Shown: in pieces, positions 17,764-27,292 of the stretch
Layout of the letters: each line of letters opens with the position of its first letter
Numbering within the stretch: the first letter of the stretch is position 1
Assembly: GCA_050949405.1 (NCBI GenBank)
Contig: JBMNFQ010000001.1
Coordinates: forward strand, 2,410,727-2,474,726
Direction: 5' to 3'
Origin: Limisphaerales bacterium
Lineage (GTDB): Bacteria; Verrucomicrobiota; Verrucomicrobiia; Limisphaerales; UBA1412
Length of the DNA stretch: 64,000 nt
Translations under genes and position numbers: made by a program
Notes under the pieces: model-generated
Told to the model about the DNA's origin: nothing
The model's input: the letters and a program-made list of their open reading frames with translations, nothing else
Databases searched by the model: none

Positions 17764-19614
17764 TTATCTGTGCTCTTCGATTAATTTCTTTAAATTCATT
17801 TTGTGAACTGGCTGAGTATAGGCTGGGCGCCCTGTGAGTGATGACTCCGCAGTCCAAAAGTCGAGGGTGTCAGGCATAAAGAGAACAATATGCAGCGCGG
17901 AGGTTCGCGCCACTCCTTCGCCCATAATTTGCCAGGCAATTTCGGGGTTGATTTTACCATAGTGAGCCTCTGTGCGGTCTGCCAGTGTGGTGTAGTAGTG
18001 GCTGCTGGCCAACAGGCAGGTATCTTCAATGCCTCTGGGCAAAAGGTCTACTTTTTCTCCGGGATAGATAATTAGAATATCTTCCTCTAAGCCTTTTTCC
18101 TTCGCCAAAGCCGAGGCCCAGGAGGCAATGCCCACGGCACCGTGTGTCCTGGCATCCGAGAGCACGTAAAAATACTCGCAGCTCCTGGGAACAGCCTTAA
18201 TCCACTCCACAGCCTCAGCCGTTGTTTCAAACCGCTCAGCAACCTCCCTCATCAGGAAGGTCATGGGAATTCCGTCCAGGTAGCCTTCTCCCCTACCGCC
18301 CATCTCACCAAAAGCCAGGCCTTTCTCGTTCATGCAGGTAACGGTACCGATACACCCAGCATAACCAATATTCACCCAGGCATGTCGATCATTTGGCACA
18401 AAAACAACTGTAACAGCAGCCCGCTGCAAGCCAATACCAGTCATGTAGTCCAGCACTCGCCCATGCAACAGTTGCCCGCCCTCAGTCGCCTTTCCTCTAT
18501 AGGCCATGCCTGAGCAGTGAAAAAACTCTGGGAAAATATTGGCTGCATAAATATATTCTCTGGGAATTTCCAGTTCGTCGGCCAGAGCGTTCATCTCTTC
18601 AATATAGCGAGCTGAAAGCCAAGGCTCTTGTCGCTCAAAAGCCTGAAGTAAAAGATGCGGAAACCACTCCCCTTTTTCAATCGCCTGATAGAGACCAAAC
18701 CCGAAAAGTATTTTTCGGCAATTATAAAGTGTTGCTCTTCGAAGCTGCTTCCCGTAGCTTTTGCCCATCTCTTCGGGAGTTCCCTTCACCACAACCAGCG
18801 GTCGTCCGTCAACTCGTTCTACCCCTTTCATCAGGTCTGGCAAAAACGAAGGGGCCAGCTTGGAATAGACTTTTTCTTCCAGAAAATCCAATGCAGCATT
18901 GGCCATTTCGCTCAAGTGCCCCTCTTCAACATTTACCTCTGCACCGAGAGTCTGGTTTTCTTCAAGAAGTCTGGTAAGCCTTTGGCATGACTCTTCATTG
19001 CCGCGCCAATGTTTGACTGTAAGTGTTACTGGGTAAGACCCAGTCAGCTTTGCAACTGTGGGGAAGCTGCTTAACATGCCCTGTATCTCCAGTTGCTCTT
19101 TTGCGCCTTTTGAAGTTACCTGCCAGTCATGCTCCCCTTCAAGCTGGCGCACTTCCATATCTTCAGGCCAAAGTGCCAGCTTGCTGGCATTGAGTGCCAC
19201 CAAATATTGAACCGCATTAGTGAAAAGAGAAAACTGAGTCATTCTCAATGGCTGCTGGTCTTTAAAGGTTTTTTGGTGTTTCTGCAGCATAAACCGTGAG
19301 CCCGTTTCCTCTGAAGCCAGGACCAGTTCTCCAGTATGGGTGCTTTCAAAACGCAAAAAGATTCGCCCCTTTACGTCCCACAAGGCCAGAAAGTTCAACT
19401 CTTGAACTTTAGCTTCATTTCCCTCGTCAAAGTTAATAGTAGCTTCCAGTTCAATTTCCCAGGCACAGCTCTCCTCGGCCGGTGCCATAACGGGCCAGGC
19501 CAATTGAGCTGAAAAAGAACGAAACTCATCTATCCAGGTTTGTGGAATGTCTGCTGAATAACAGAGAGTGGCCGCAAGCCAACTACATAAAAAAAAGCCC
19601 AATATTCTTTTCAT
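17764..19614 (-). CDS. Secreted C45-family (AAT/Ntn-hydrolase) amidase with ~270-aa N-terminal extension
   Basis: MKRILGFFLC signal peptide at 19614; GTPEEMG, HCSG (N-terminal nucleophile Cys), HGRVLDY, VTCMNEKG. Confidence 0.75.
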   Translation of the reverse strand: MKRILGFFLCSWLAATLCYSADIPQTWIDEFRSFSAQLAWPVMAPAEESCAWEIELEATINFDEGNEAKVQELNFLALWDVKGRIFLRFESTHTGELVLASEETGSRFMLQKHQKTFKDQQPLRMTQFSLFTNAVQYLVALNASKLALWPEDMEVRQLEGEHDWQVTSKGAKEQLEIQGMLSSFPTVAKLTGSYPVTLTVKHWRGNEESCQRLTRLLEENQTLGAEVNVEEGHLSEMANAALDFLEEKVYSKLAPSFLPDLMKGVERVDGRPLVVVKGTPEEMGKSYGKQLRRATLYNCRKILFGFGLYQAIEKGEWFPHLLLQAFERQEPWLSARYIEEMNALADELEIPREYIYAANIFPEFFHCSGMAYRGKATEGGQLLHGRVLDYMTGIGLQRAAVTVVFVPNDRHAWVNIGYAGCIGTVTCMNEKGLAFGEMGGRGEGYLDGIPMTFLMREVAERFETTAEAVEWIKAVPRSCEYFYVLSDARTHGAVGIASWASALAKEKGLEEDILIIYPGEKVDLLPRGIEDTCLLASSHYYTTLADRTEAHYGKINPEIAWQIMGEGVARTSALHIVLFMPDTLDFWTAESSLTGRPAYTQPVHKMNLKKLIEEHR

Positions 19615-19694
19615 CGTTTTAAATCTTTTGCGCAGTCCATAAGACTGTACCAACATTGAAAGAGCATTCTTCCCCAATAAGGCCTCTAATGCAA

Positions 19695-20921
19695 CTATAT
19701 TTTTAATCTCACCTTTACCTTGATCAGTATCCAGCCAACGCCAATACATGCCAGCGAAACCACCAATGAACGTAAAAGCCCCGGCCATCCCTCATTAAGC
19801 ATCTTGGGATAACCCCATTTGGTTAATGCCTGCACATTCACCCAAATATAGGGAATCATGTAGCAGGTTAGAGAAGCAACAGCGGCCGGGTGCAAAAACT
19901 TGAACCATTTACCTTTACCCGCCACCTCCACAGTCCAGTAAATTAAGGTAAAGAGGAGAAAGAAGACCGCACAGCAAAAAAAGAACCAGGTGGGAGTAGC
20001 TGCCGTTCTGGATATAATCCATTGATGACGAGCCCAATAGGCTGCCAGCAGAGCTGCCACTGCCAGTCCCAGCAACATCGGAAGCAATGTCTTGTTAAAA
20101 CTGGCCTTCTCCCCAAAGCGATGTACCAACACCCCTGCCATTGCTCCAACCAAAGCAAAAGCAGCATGAATTCCCCCGCCTGGCACAAGGTAAGCCCATT
20201 GATGCAGATGAAACTGCTTAATCAAACCAGTGTTCGGCAAAGTGGCAAGAGCAATGGCAAGGGCAGCAGCTATCAGGCTCAAAAGGAGGTTCAAGCGAGT
20301 AAAAAGAATGACGACCGCACAGAGCAAGTAGCTCCAACCTAGTACCCCCAGCAATCCCCATGACTTAAAGTTAAAGCCTCCTCCCCCTTTAGCTTTGTAC
20401 TGATAGCAAAACCAGACGAGTCCCGCTATTCCAATCGCTCTTAAGCCATAGATCAGGTACCCTTTTGCTTTTTCATAGTCATTCCAAATCAAGAAAAAGC
20501 TGATCACCAGACCAATACCCAGCCACTCTGCAGGCAAAGAGCTCTTGCCCATACCCTCGTAATTCACAAGAAAAACACCCATTACCAGAAGCGCTACGGT
20601 TCGCAACGCAACGTGCAGCGAGACAGACCAGAGGGGATCACCCTTTTGACGGCGAGTTTCCAGCGCGTAAGGAACAGCCATTCCCATGGCAAAAAGAAAT
20701 CCGGGCAAAACCAGGTCAATAAGCCCGAACTTGTCTTGGCCCTTTACCATATCAAAAATCCAGGAAGGCGCACTTTTCAAAGTCGATGCATCATACAAAA
20801 AGAGAATCAAAAGCAGCATGATAGCTCGAAAAACGTCTAAGGACTCCAGCCGAGCAATTTTTTCACCGCTCCCCTTAGGTTTTTTTGATTCACTTTTGCG
20901 AGCTGTTTTGTCGTTAGCCAT
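19695..20921 (-). CDS. DUF5009 / HGSNAT-like multi-pass membrane acyltransferase
   Basis: RLESLDVFRA, DLVLPGFLFAMGMAVP, WGLLGVLGWSY, WIISR...TPTW; about 10 hydrophobic segments. Confidence 0.8.
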   Translation of the reverse strand: MANDKTARKSESKKPKGSGEKIARLESLDVFRAIMLLLILFLYDASTLKSAPSWIFDMVKGQDKFGLIDLVLPGFLFAMGMAVPYALETRRQKGDPLWSVSLHVALRTVALLVMGVFLVNYEGMGKSSLPAEWLGIGLVISFFLIWNDYEKAKGYLIYGLRAIGIAGLVWFCYQYKAKGGGGFNFKSWGLLGVLGWSYLLCAVVILFTRLNLLLSLIAAALAIALATLPNTGLIKQFHLHQWAYLVPGGGIHAAFALVGAMAGVLVHRFGEKASFNKTLLPMLLGLAVAALLAAYWARHQWIISRTAATPTWFFFCCAVFFLLFTLIYWTVEVAGKGKWFKFLHPAAVASLTCYMIPYIWVNVQALTKWGYPKMLNEGWPGLLRSLVVSLACIGVGWILIKVKVRLKI

Positions 20922-20989
20922 GCACCCATTTTACCCTTTTTTGGCTTAGCAATTCAACCTATGAATTCTATTCTGCCTTGAAAAGCTCT

Positions 20990-21649
20990 TTAAGAAGTCT
21001 TCATGTGCCGGGAACCAGCCGGGCAAAGAGCAATTAGCTCACAATTTGAGCAATCGGGATTGCGTGCTTTACAGCGGCGGCGCCCATGCCAGATAAGCAA
21101 ATGGCTGAAAAGAGCCCAGTCTGCCTGCGGAATCAGTTTCATCAGGTCTTGCTCAATTTTTTCTGGTGTTGTTTTTTCGGAAAAACCCAAGAGTCGCGAC
21201 AAACGCATTACATGCGTATCTACGACCACCCCTTCGTTTCTTCCAAAAGCCGTCCCCAGGATAACATTAGCCGTCTTTCGCCCAACCCCGCTTAGCTGAG
21301 TCAAAGCTTCCATTGAGTCAGGAAACCTGCCCTCAAACTTCTCCAGAATCATTTGGCAAGCCCCCTGAATGTTTTTAGCTTTGTTTCGGAAAAAGCCGGT
21401 TGTACGGATATCTTCCTGCAATTTCTCCAAAGGAGCCGTTGCATAGTCTTCCACTGTGCGATATTTTTTGAAAAGCTTCTCAGTGACGATGTTAACCCGT
21501 TTGTCCGTACACTGTGCCGAAAGAATGGTCGCCACCAAAAGCTCCAGTGGGCTTTTGTGGTTGAGTTCGCAATGAGCATCAGGATATGTTTCCTTAAGTA
21601 TTGCCAACACTTTTGCAGCTCTTTCTTTTTTCTTCTTAAACGACTCCAT
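20990..21649 (-). CDS. nth: Endonuclease III
   Basis: LLVATILSAQCTDKRVN, HhH LSGVGRKTANV, VDTHV, C-x6-C-x2-C-x5-C. Confidence 0.95.
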   Translation of the reverse strand: MESFKKKKERAAKVLAILKETYPDAHCELNHKSPLELLVATILSAQCTDKRVNIVTEKLFKKYRTVEDYATAPLEKLQEDIRTTGFFRNKAKNIQGACQMILEKFEGRFPDSMEALTQLSGVGRKTANVILGTAFGRNEGVVVDTHVMRLSRLLGFSEKTTPEKIEQDLMKLIPQADWALFSHLLIWHGRRRCKARNPDCSNCELIALCPAGSRHMKTS

Positions 21650-21660
21650 GCTGCTGCGCT

Positions 21661-22848
21661 TTATTGTTTTGGGTAAAAAACCATTTTGCCTTCAAAATTC
21701 CGAATCAACAAATGCTCTTCCTTTTCTTCAACCACATAAACCGGAGGCAACGGCGTTTTCCCTCCGCCATCAGGAATATCCACTACGAACTCGGGGACAG
21801 CAAAACCTGTCGTATGCCCTCTCAAAGAGCGAATAATTTGAACGCCTCGCTCAACTGGAACCCGCAAGTGAGAAGTTCCATTAAGCATATCGCACTGATA
21901 CAAGTAATAGGGTCTGACCTTGCAGATCAAGAGCTTTTGAACCAGAGCGGTCATCACGGTTGCATTATCATTCACTCCTTTGAGCAAAACCGATTGATTT
22001 CCGAGCGGAATGCCGACATCGGCCAGATATTCAAGAGCCCGTCTGCTTTCCAGAGTGAGCTCCAATGGGTGGTTCGTTTGAACATTAATAAACAGAGGAG
22101 AAAAAGGACGCAATGCTTCCGCAAATTTCTTGTCCACTCTCTGCGGTAAGGTAATGGGGACACGCGTACCTATACGGATGATCTCGATATGAGGTATCTT
22201 TCTAAGCTCCTCCAAAATGGAGACCAGGCGTGCCGTCGGCAAAAGAAATGGGTCACCTCCACTAATCAAAACGTCCCGTACTTCTGTATGTTCCTTTATG
22301 TAGTCCAGCTGCTCACTCCCAACTGAATAAGCGCGATTTTGCCCTACCAGCCGCCCCCGGGTGCAATAGCGACAATAGGCAGGACAATGGGCTTGAACTA
22401 AAAGCAGGACCCGATCGGGATAGCGATGTACCAGGCCTGGTGCCACTGTATAGGGCTCCTCGCTGCAAGGGTCAAACGACTCCTGCGGGCTCACCAGGGA
22501 TTCTTCCTCCCTCGGAATGAATTGAGCTCTTAAAGGGCATGACGGATTGCGGCCATCTACAAGCGCTGTTAGGTAGGGCGTTAGTGCCATTGAAAAGCGC
22601 TGTGTGGCAGTGCGAATTCCTTTAAGTTCAGAATCAGTCAACTCTGGGAAGACACCCCGAATTTCACTTTCGGTTGTGACTCGGTTGCGCATCTGCCACT
22701 TCCAGTCATTCCACTCAGAGTCAGTAACGTGCGTCCAGGAGCCACGCCCTGCTGAGTTAAACTTTTTCAGTGAACGGCAGAGCTGCTCATCCACTGGTTC
22801 TACGGCATTAGGATTATCTTTCACTTTCATCCAGCTAGCTATAAACAT
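21661..22848 (-). CDS. kamA: KamA-family radical SAM lysine 2,3-aminomutase
   Basis: WNDWKWQMRN, HRYPDRVLL, CPAYCRYCTR, SGGDP, NQSVLLKGVND, DIPDGGGKTP. Confidence 0.85.
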   Translation of the reverse strand: MFIASWMKVKDNPNAVEPVDEQLCRSLKKFNSAGRGSWTHVTDSEWNDWKWQMRNRVTTESEIRGVFPELTDSELKGIRTATQRFSMALTPYLTALVDGRNPSCPLRAQFIPREEESLVSPQESFDPCSEEPYTVAPGLVHRYPDRVLLLVQAHCPAYCRYCTRGRLVGQNRAYSVGSEQLDYIKEHTEVRDVLISGGDPFLLPTARLVSILEELRKIPHIEIIRIGTRVPITLPQRVDKKFAEALRPFSPLFINVQTNHPLELTLESRRALEYLADVGIPLGNQSVLLKGVNDNATVMTALVQKLLICKVRPYYLYQCDMLNGTSHLRVPVERGVQIIRSLRGHTTGFAVPEFVVDIPDGGGKTPLPPVYVVEEKEEHLLIRNFEGKMVFYPKQ

Positions 22849-22957
22849 AGCTTGGAATAGCTTGGCGGTAAACCCATTGACTGCTTTTTTTCGGTTTTGT
22901 TTTCCCAGACACGATTAAAGGTGGTTTAAAAAAGTAGAAATGCTAGAATGTCCCCGC

Positions 22958-23776
22958 ATGAGTAACCGAAAATCGGAACTTTGGCAAAAAATGACAAGCG
23001 GGAAGAATTTCATTCTTCTGGCCGGCCCCTGTGTTATTGAATCCCAAGAGGTTTGCAAGCAAATTGCCTCTCATCTCAAGGAGCTATGTAAGGAATTGGA
23101 CATTCTCTATGTGTTCAAGGCGAGCTTTGACAAAGCGAACCGGACGGCAGCAAGCTCATTTCGAGGCCCTGGAATGAAAGATGGATTAAAAATTTTGGAA
23201 CATATTGCCGCAGAGTATGATGTTCCTCTTACCAGTGATATCCACGCTCCAGAGCAAGCTGATGCACTGTCACAAGTTCTTGATATACTGCAAGTTCCTG
23301 CGTTTCTTTGCCGTCAAACCGATCTCATTCAAGCTGCAGCTCGTACCGACTGCATTGTGAATTTTAAAAAAGGTCAATTCCTGTCTCCACAAGAAATGAG
23401 CCGTGTAGCGGAAAAAGCTCTTGAAGTTGGTAACAAACGGCTGATGCTGACAGAGCGTGGGACTACCTTTGGCTACAACAACCTGGTTGTGGATATGCGC
23501 TCTATCCCTATCATGAAAAAAACGGGTTATCCGGTTATTTTTGATGCTACTCACTCGGTACAGCTGCCTGGTGGCCAGGGCGATAGAAGCGGTGGAGAAA
23601 GAGAATTCGCTCCCGTTTTGGCTCAAGCCGCTGTCGCAGCAGGGGCTGACGGACTCTTCATAGAAACCCATCTGGACCCCGATAAGGCTCTAAGTGATGG
23701 CCCCAATATGATCCGTCTCGATAAAATGCGTGAAACACTGGAGCGTGCCCTCAATATCTGGAAGCTACAAAAGTAA
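22958..23776 (+). CDS. kdsA: 3-deoxy-8-phosphooctulonate (KDO8P) synthase
   Basis: AGPCVIES, KASFDKANR, PAFLCRQTDL, KKGQF, ERGTTFGYNNLVVD, DATHSVQ. Confidence 0.96.
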   Translation: MSNRKSELWQKMTSGKNFILLAGPCVIESQEVCKQIASHLKELCKELDILYVFKASFDKANRTAASSFRGPGMKDGLKILEHIAAEYDVPLTSDIHAPEQADALSQVLDILQVPAFLCRQTDLIQAAARTDCIVNFKKGQFLSPQEMSRVAEKALEVGNKRLMLTERGTTFGYNNLVVDMRSIPIMKKTGYPVIFDATHSVQLPGGQGDRSGGEREFAPVLAQAAVAAGADGLFIETHLDPDKALSDGPNMIRLDKMRETLERALNIWKLQK

Positions 23777-23812
23777 AACTTACTTCAATGCTTCCAGCAG
23801 TTTCTCATTGAA

Positions 23813-24373
23813 ATGATTCAGAGTAATTCACCCTGTTTTTCAGACCTTCCTGCCAAGCTGCAAGAAAAACTAAAAAAGATAAAACTCTTCCTCTGTGATG
23901 TGGATGGAGTACTCACCGATGCCACCATCCTGAAAGGCGAGGGAATAGAGCTCAAACAATTTCATGTCAGAGACGGTTTGGGGCTACGCCTGCTTATTGA
24001 AAACGGTATTCGTGTAGGCTGGATTTCTAATCGCTACTCCAGCGCAACGACTGTGCGTGCTGAAGAGCTGGGTATTGAGTTTGTAGTTCAAAAATCCGGT
24101 GACAAAATTAAGTTCGCTGAAAACATCCTTGAACAAACCGGATTTGACTGGAGCGAGGTCTGCTACACTGGAGATGACATTGTCGACATTGGAATGCTCC
24201 GTAAAGCTGCTCTTGCCGTAGCCGTGCAGGACGCTCACCCTCTGGTTAAAAACTTATCTCACTATGTTACAACACATAATGGCGGCCAAGGCGCTATTCG
24301 GGAAATCACTGAATTGATCCTCCAGGCTCAGGGCAAGTGGGATAACCTCCCCGTTTTAAAAAGAGGTCTATAA
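23813..24373 (+). CDS. kdsC: KDO8P phosphatase (HAD family)
   Basis: DVDGVLTD, FHVRDGLG, GDDIVD, GGQGAIRE; follows kdsA. Confidence 0.9.
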   Translation: MIQSNSPCFSDLPAKLQEKLKKIKLFLCDVDGVLTDATILKGEGIELKQFHVRDGLGLRLLIENGIRVGWISNRYSSATTVRAEELGIEFVVQKSGDKIKFAENILEQTGFDWSEVCYTGDDIVDIGMLRKAALAVAVQDAHPLVKNLSHYVTTHNGGQGAIREITELILQAQGKWDNLPVLKRGL

Positions 24374-24416
24374 AAAAGCGCTCAAAGGAAAATTCAAAAA
24401 CCCTTCAAGCGCTTTT
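24374..24416. terminator. Inverted repeat between convergent kdsC and the S8 peptidase gene
   Basis: AAAAGCGCT...AGCGCTTTT flanking an A-rich loop. Confidence 0.45.
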
Positions 24417-24434
24417 AAAAGCTGCCTCGCTTTC

Positions 24435-27242
24435 CTATCTTCTTTTTGTTGGATTACCTGACCCTCGATTCGCAGGACTTTGCCTGATGGAGGGAGAAGA
24501 GGGCTGCCGAATCGCTGGTGAAGGTGTAGAGGGCCTCACTTGGGGAGTCGGCTGAGGTTGTACAACAGGTCGGCTCGGAGGTGTAACCTGCGGCGTTACC
24601 GCAGGCCTTACCGGTGTTGACGTTCTCACTGCAGGGGTGACACGATTCTGCACCGATGGACGAACTTGAGGAATCACCTGAGGCTGTACAGCAGGCCGGC
24701 TTGGAGGTGTAATCTGCGGCGTTACTGCGGGCCTTGCCGGCGTTGGCGTTCTCACTGCAGGGGTGACACGATTCTGCACCGATGGGCGAACTTGAGGAGT
24801 CACCTGAGGCTGCACGGCAGGTCGGCTCGGAGGTGTAACCTGTGGCGTTACCGCGGGCCTTACCGGCGTTGGCGTTCTCACTGCAGGGGTGACACGATTC
24901 TGCACCGATGGACGCATCCGCATATCCGGCTGAGTCTGTGGCGCCGTTGGGCGGCTCGGAGGCAAGACTTGCCTCTCGATAGTTCTCGACGGTATCGAAG
25001 TTCTGGCTTCCGGGCTAACCCGAGTTTGGTTCAATGGGCGAACGCGGAGGTCCGAGTGAGACGGCTGCGCTACAGTCCGGTTTGAGGGCTCTACTCTAGT
25101 ATTCTCCGGAAGTGTTCTTGTTTGCTGGAGGCTTGTATTATTGGCTCCATTTTCCCTGCCTGCTCTCTGCCGCGCTTGAGCACGTGCGTTATTTCCGGGA
25201 ACATCCATTTCCGCTGCTGAACGCCTGCCAGGAGGAGAATTAACAGTATCAAAGGGACGCATTCTTTCAGGTGCAGGCCGAGGTGTGGTCAGGTTATTTT
25301 GATTACCTGGAGCAAGAACGGTGCGTCGCGGATAATCTGCAATGCCCGGCTGCCTGGCAGTATCTCTCTGTGGCGTGCCAACACGTGGTCTGGTATCCAT
25401 TTCAGTCTCAGGGCGTCTGCCATCAAGGTTTCCTGATGGAGGCCGTACCCTCTCCTCACCTCTGCCCGGTGGATTGATTCTGGCTCCGTCACCTCCATGT
25501 CCATTGCGGGGTCCCTCTCCCACGCCATTTCTTCCAGGAGGCTCTCTTCCATCACGAGGCGGATCTCCATTTGGATGGCGGGGCGGACGATGATACCCAG
25601 CATGTGGCGGCCGTGGAGGGCCCGGAGGCAAACGCCGAACCACAGGAATCACAACAGGTCTGTTAATCACTATGATCGGGGGTGGAAATAAAACAGGCCC
25701 TGCTCCAACTATGACAGCTCCTGTCCCAAAACCGGCACCCACTAAAAACGGATTGGAATGAACCGTGACAATTTCTCTTTCAATAATGACCGTTCTGTTT
25801 TCCAAAGCTGGCTGACCAGTACCAGCCATGGGTGAGCTCTCGCTAACAGTATATTCGGGCTCTACCACCTCTATCTGCTTGCTACGCCATTGCGCCTGCA
25901 CCCTGCCAGCAATCATCAGTAGTTCTGTGCGAGTAATACCAGGTTTATTGGCCTTGAGGACCGCTGCCATCCCGCCAAAAATTGCTGCATCAGCCGATGT
26001 ACCGGCAACCACGACGTCATCGGAAAAGACGGCATAAGGAATATCAGTGTAGACATTGGTCTGCCCTTCCCGTATCCAGGGAGGCAAAATAACCTCCGGC
26101 TTCCTGCGAAAGTCAACCGTAGGCCCGCTGGAGGAGCTTTCCGATAAATCTCCTACCGAGATCACATGACGGTGATCAGCGGGAATCATGATTTCCCCAC
26201 CTTCCGTGTGGTCATCAAAAGTAAGCACTCCCTCATTAGCGTGAACAATCACTCTTATCTTATCTTTCGCCTGCGAAAAGTTGTTGCTCACGTTGTGAAT
26301 CACAATTGCATAACGTTTGTCCTTACGCAAACCGTTCAAAAACACCTCTTCTCTGGCCAGTTGACTTTGCTGGCGCTCAGAAAGCTCTTCATTAACTGAG
26401 GGATCGACAGCTACCTGTGCATAGGTAGACTTCCCAACCAGCTCTCCCAGTCGGTCACCCTCGTATTCGTAGATGTACAGGTCAAGGTCTTTGAGTGCCT
26501 GATAGTCGCGGTCATCTGAAAAATCATTCCAAACACAAAGAACACGAACATCTTTCTCATCAGACTTCATCGTGAAGAAGAGTTTATCTCGATTTTGAGA
26601 ACGACTGACTTTATTAAAAAGGAGATTCCCCTCTTTTGAGGTTTGAATGGAGTCATTGTAAACGGCTCTGCCGTAATTACCAGCAGCATTGATCCAGGTG
26701 ATTCCTGATTCAATCGCATCATCCACGATCGCATTTACAAAGCCTTTGCCATCGTAGTTGCCACCATACTCCCAGTTTTGCGCATAAACAATGATATCAA
26801 CCTTTTCCTCTATGGCATATCGGACGGCGCGACGGAAATTCGTAAGACCGTTTGCATTTAAGAGGTAAAGCTGGGGGGCAACATCATAGCTCATTCCGGT
26901 CATGGCCCAGACGAGTTGGGCCACACGCCGCCCATGAGCTTCGTTGGCAGGGGGAGCCTCGTAGCCCGGATTTAAGTCATATTTGTTAATCATCTCCTCA
27001 TCATACTGATTAACGATGAGGGTACCCGGTGGCAAGTTGCCAGCCTCTTCAGCTCCTGCAAAGCCCCGCTCCAGAATGGCTATTTTTACCCCAGGCAAAT
27101 TCTCTTTTACGGTGGTACGGGCTAAATAATCAGCTATTCCGTAGCTTTTGAGCATATCTTCATGATACTCAGGCAGACTTACAGCCTTAGCCATAACGGT
27201 CATTGTTAGGATTAGGGCAAATAAAAAGGTTGTTTTCTTCAT
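24435..27242 (-). CDS. Secreted S8 (subtilisin-like) peptidase with a long Pro/Arg/Thr-rich C-terminal tail
   Basis: Signal peptide; VKIAILERG (Asp site = Glu), AHGRRVA (His), NAAGN (oxyanion Asn), AGTSADAA (Ser); low-complexity tail. Confidence 0.78.
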   Translation of the reverse strand: MKKTTFLFALILTMTVMAKAVSLPEYHEDMLKSYGIADYLARTTVKENLPGVKIAILERGFAGAEEAGNLPPGTLIVNQYDEEMINKYDLNPGYEAPPANEAHGRRVAQLVWAMTGMSYDVAPQLYLLNANGLTNFRRAVRYAIEEKVDIIVYAQNWEYGGNYDGKGFVNAIVDDAIESGITWINAAGNYGRAVYNDSIQTSKEGNLLFNKVSRSQNRDKLFFTMKSDEKDVRVLCVWNDFSDDRDYQALKDLDLYIYEYEGDRLGELVGKSTYAQVAVDPSVNEELSERQQSQLAREEVFLNGLRKDKRYAIVIHNVSNNFSQAKDKIRVIVHANEGVLTFDDHTEGGEIMIPADHRHVISVGDLSESSSSGPTVDFRRKPEVILPPWIREGQTNVYTDIPYAVFSDDVVVAGTSADAAIFGGMAAVLKANKPGITRTELLMIAGRVQAQWRSKQIEVVEPEYTVSESSPMAGTGQPALENRTVIIEREIVTVHSNPFLVGAGFGTGAVIVGAGPVLFPPPIIVINRPVVIPVVRRLPPGPPRPPHAGYHRPPRHPNGDPPRDGREPPGRNGVGEGPRNGHGGDGARINPPGRGEERVRPPSGNLDGRRPETEMDTRPRVGTPQRDTARQPGIADYPRRTVLAPGNQNNLTTPRPAPERMRPFDTVNSPPGRRSAAEMDVPGNNARAQARQRAGRENGANNTSLQQTRTLPENTRVEPSNRTVAQPSHSDLRVRPLNQTRVSPEARTSIPSRTIERQVLPPSRPTAPQTQPDMRMRPSVQNRVTPAVRTPTPVRPAVTPQVTPPSRPAVQPQVTPQVRPSVQNRVTPAVRTPTPARPAVTPQITPPSRPAVQPQVIPQVRPSVQNRVTPAVRTSTPVRPAVTPQVTPPSRPVVQPQPTPQVRPSTPSPAIRQPSSPSIRQSPANRGSGNPTKRR
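24537..24914 (-). repeat. Three tandem 126-bp (42-aa) in-frame repeats in the S8 tail
   Basis: GCAGGGGTGACACGATTCTGCACCGATGG recurs at 24631, 24757 and 24883; protein unit RPSVQNRVTPAVRTPTPVRPAVTPQVTPPSRPAVQPQVTPQV. Confidence 0.92.
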
Positions 27243-27292
27243 AGTCTCACTCTTTCTTCAAGTTTTAGCCTTCATCTGAGTTCTCTCTTTCG

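Noticed and set aside
24537-24914. 126-bp tandem repeats as a CRISPR array
   Set aside because: Units are contiguous, in frame within a CDS, have no unique spacers, and no cas genes are nearby
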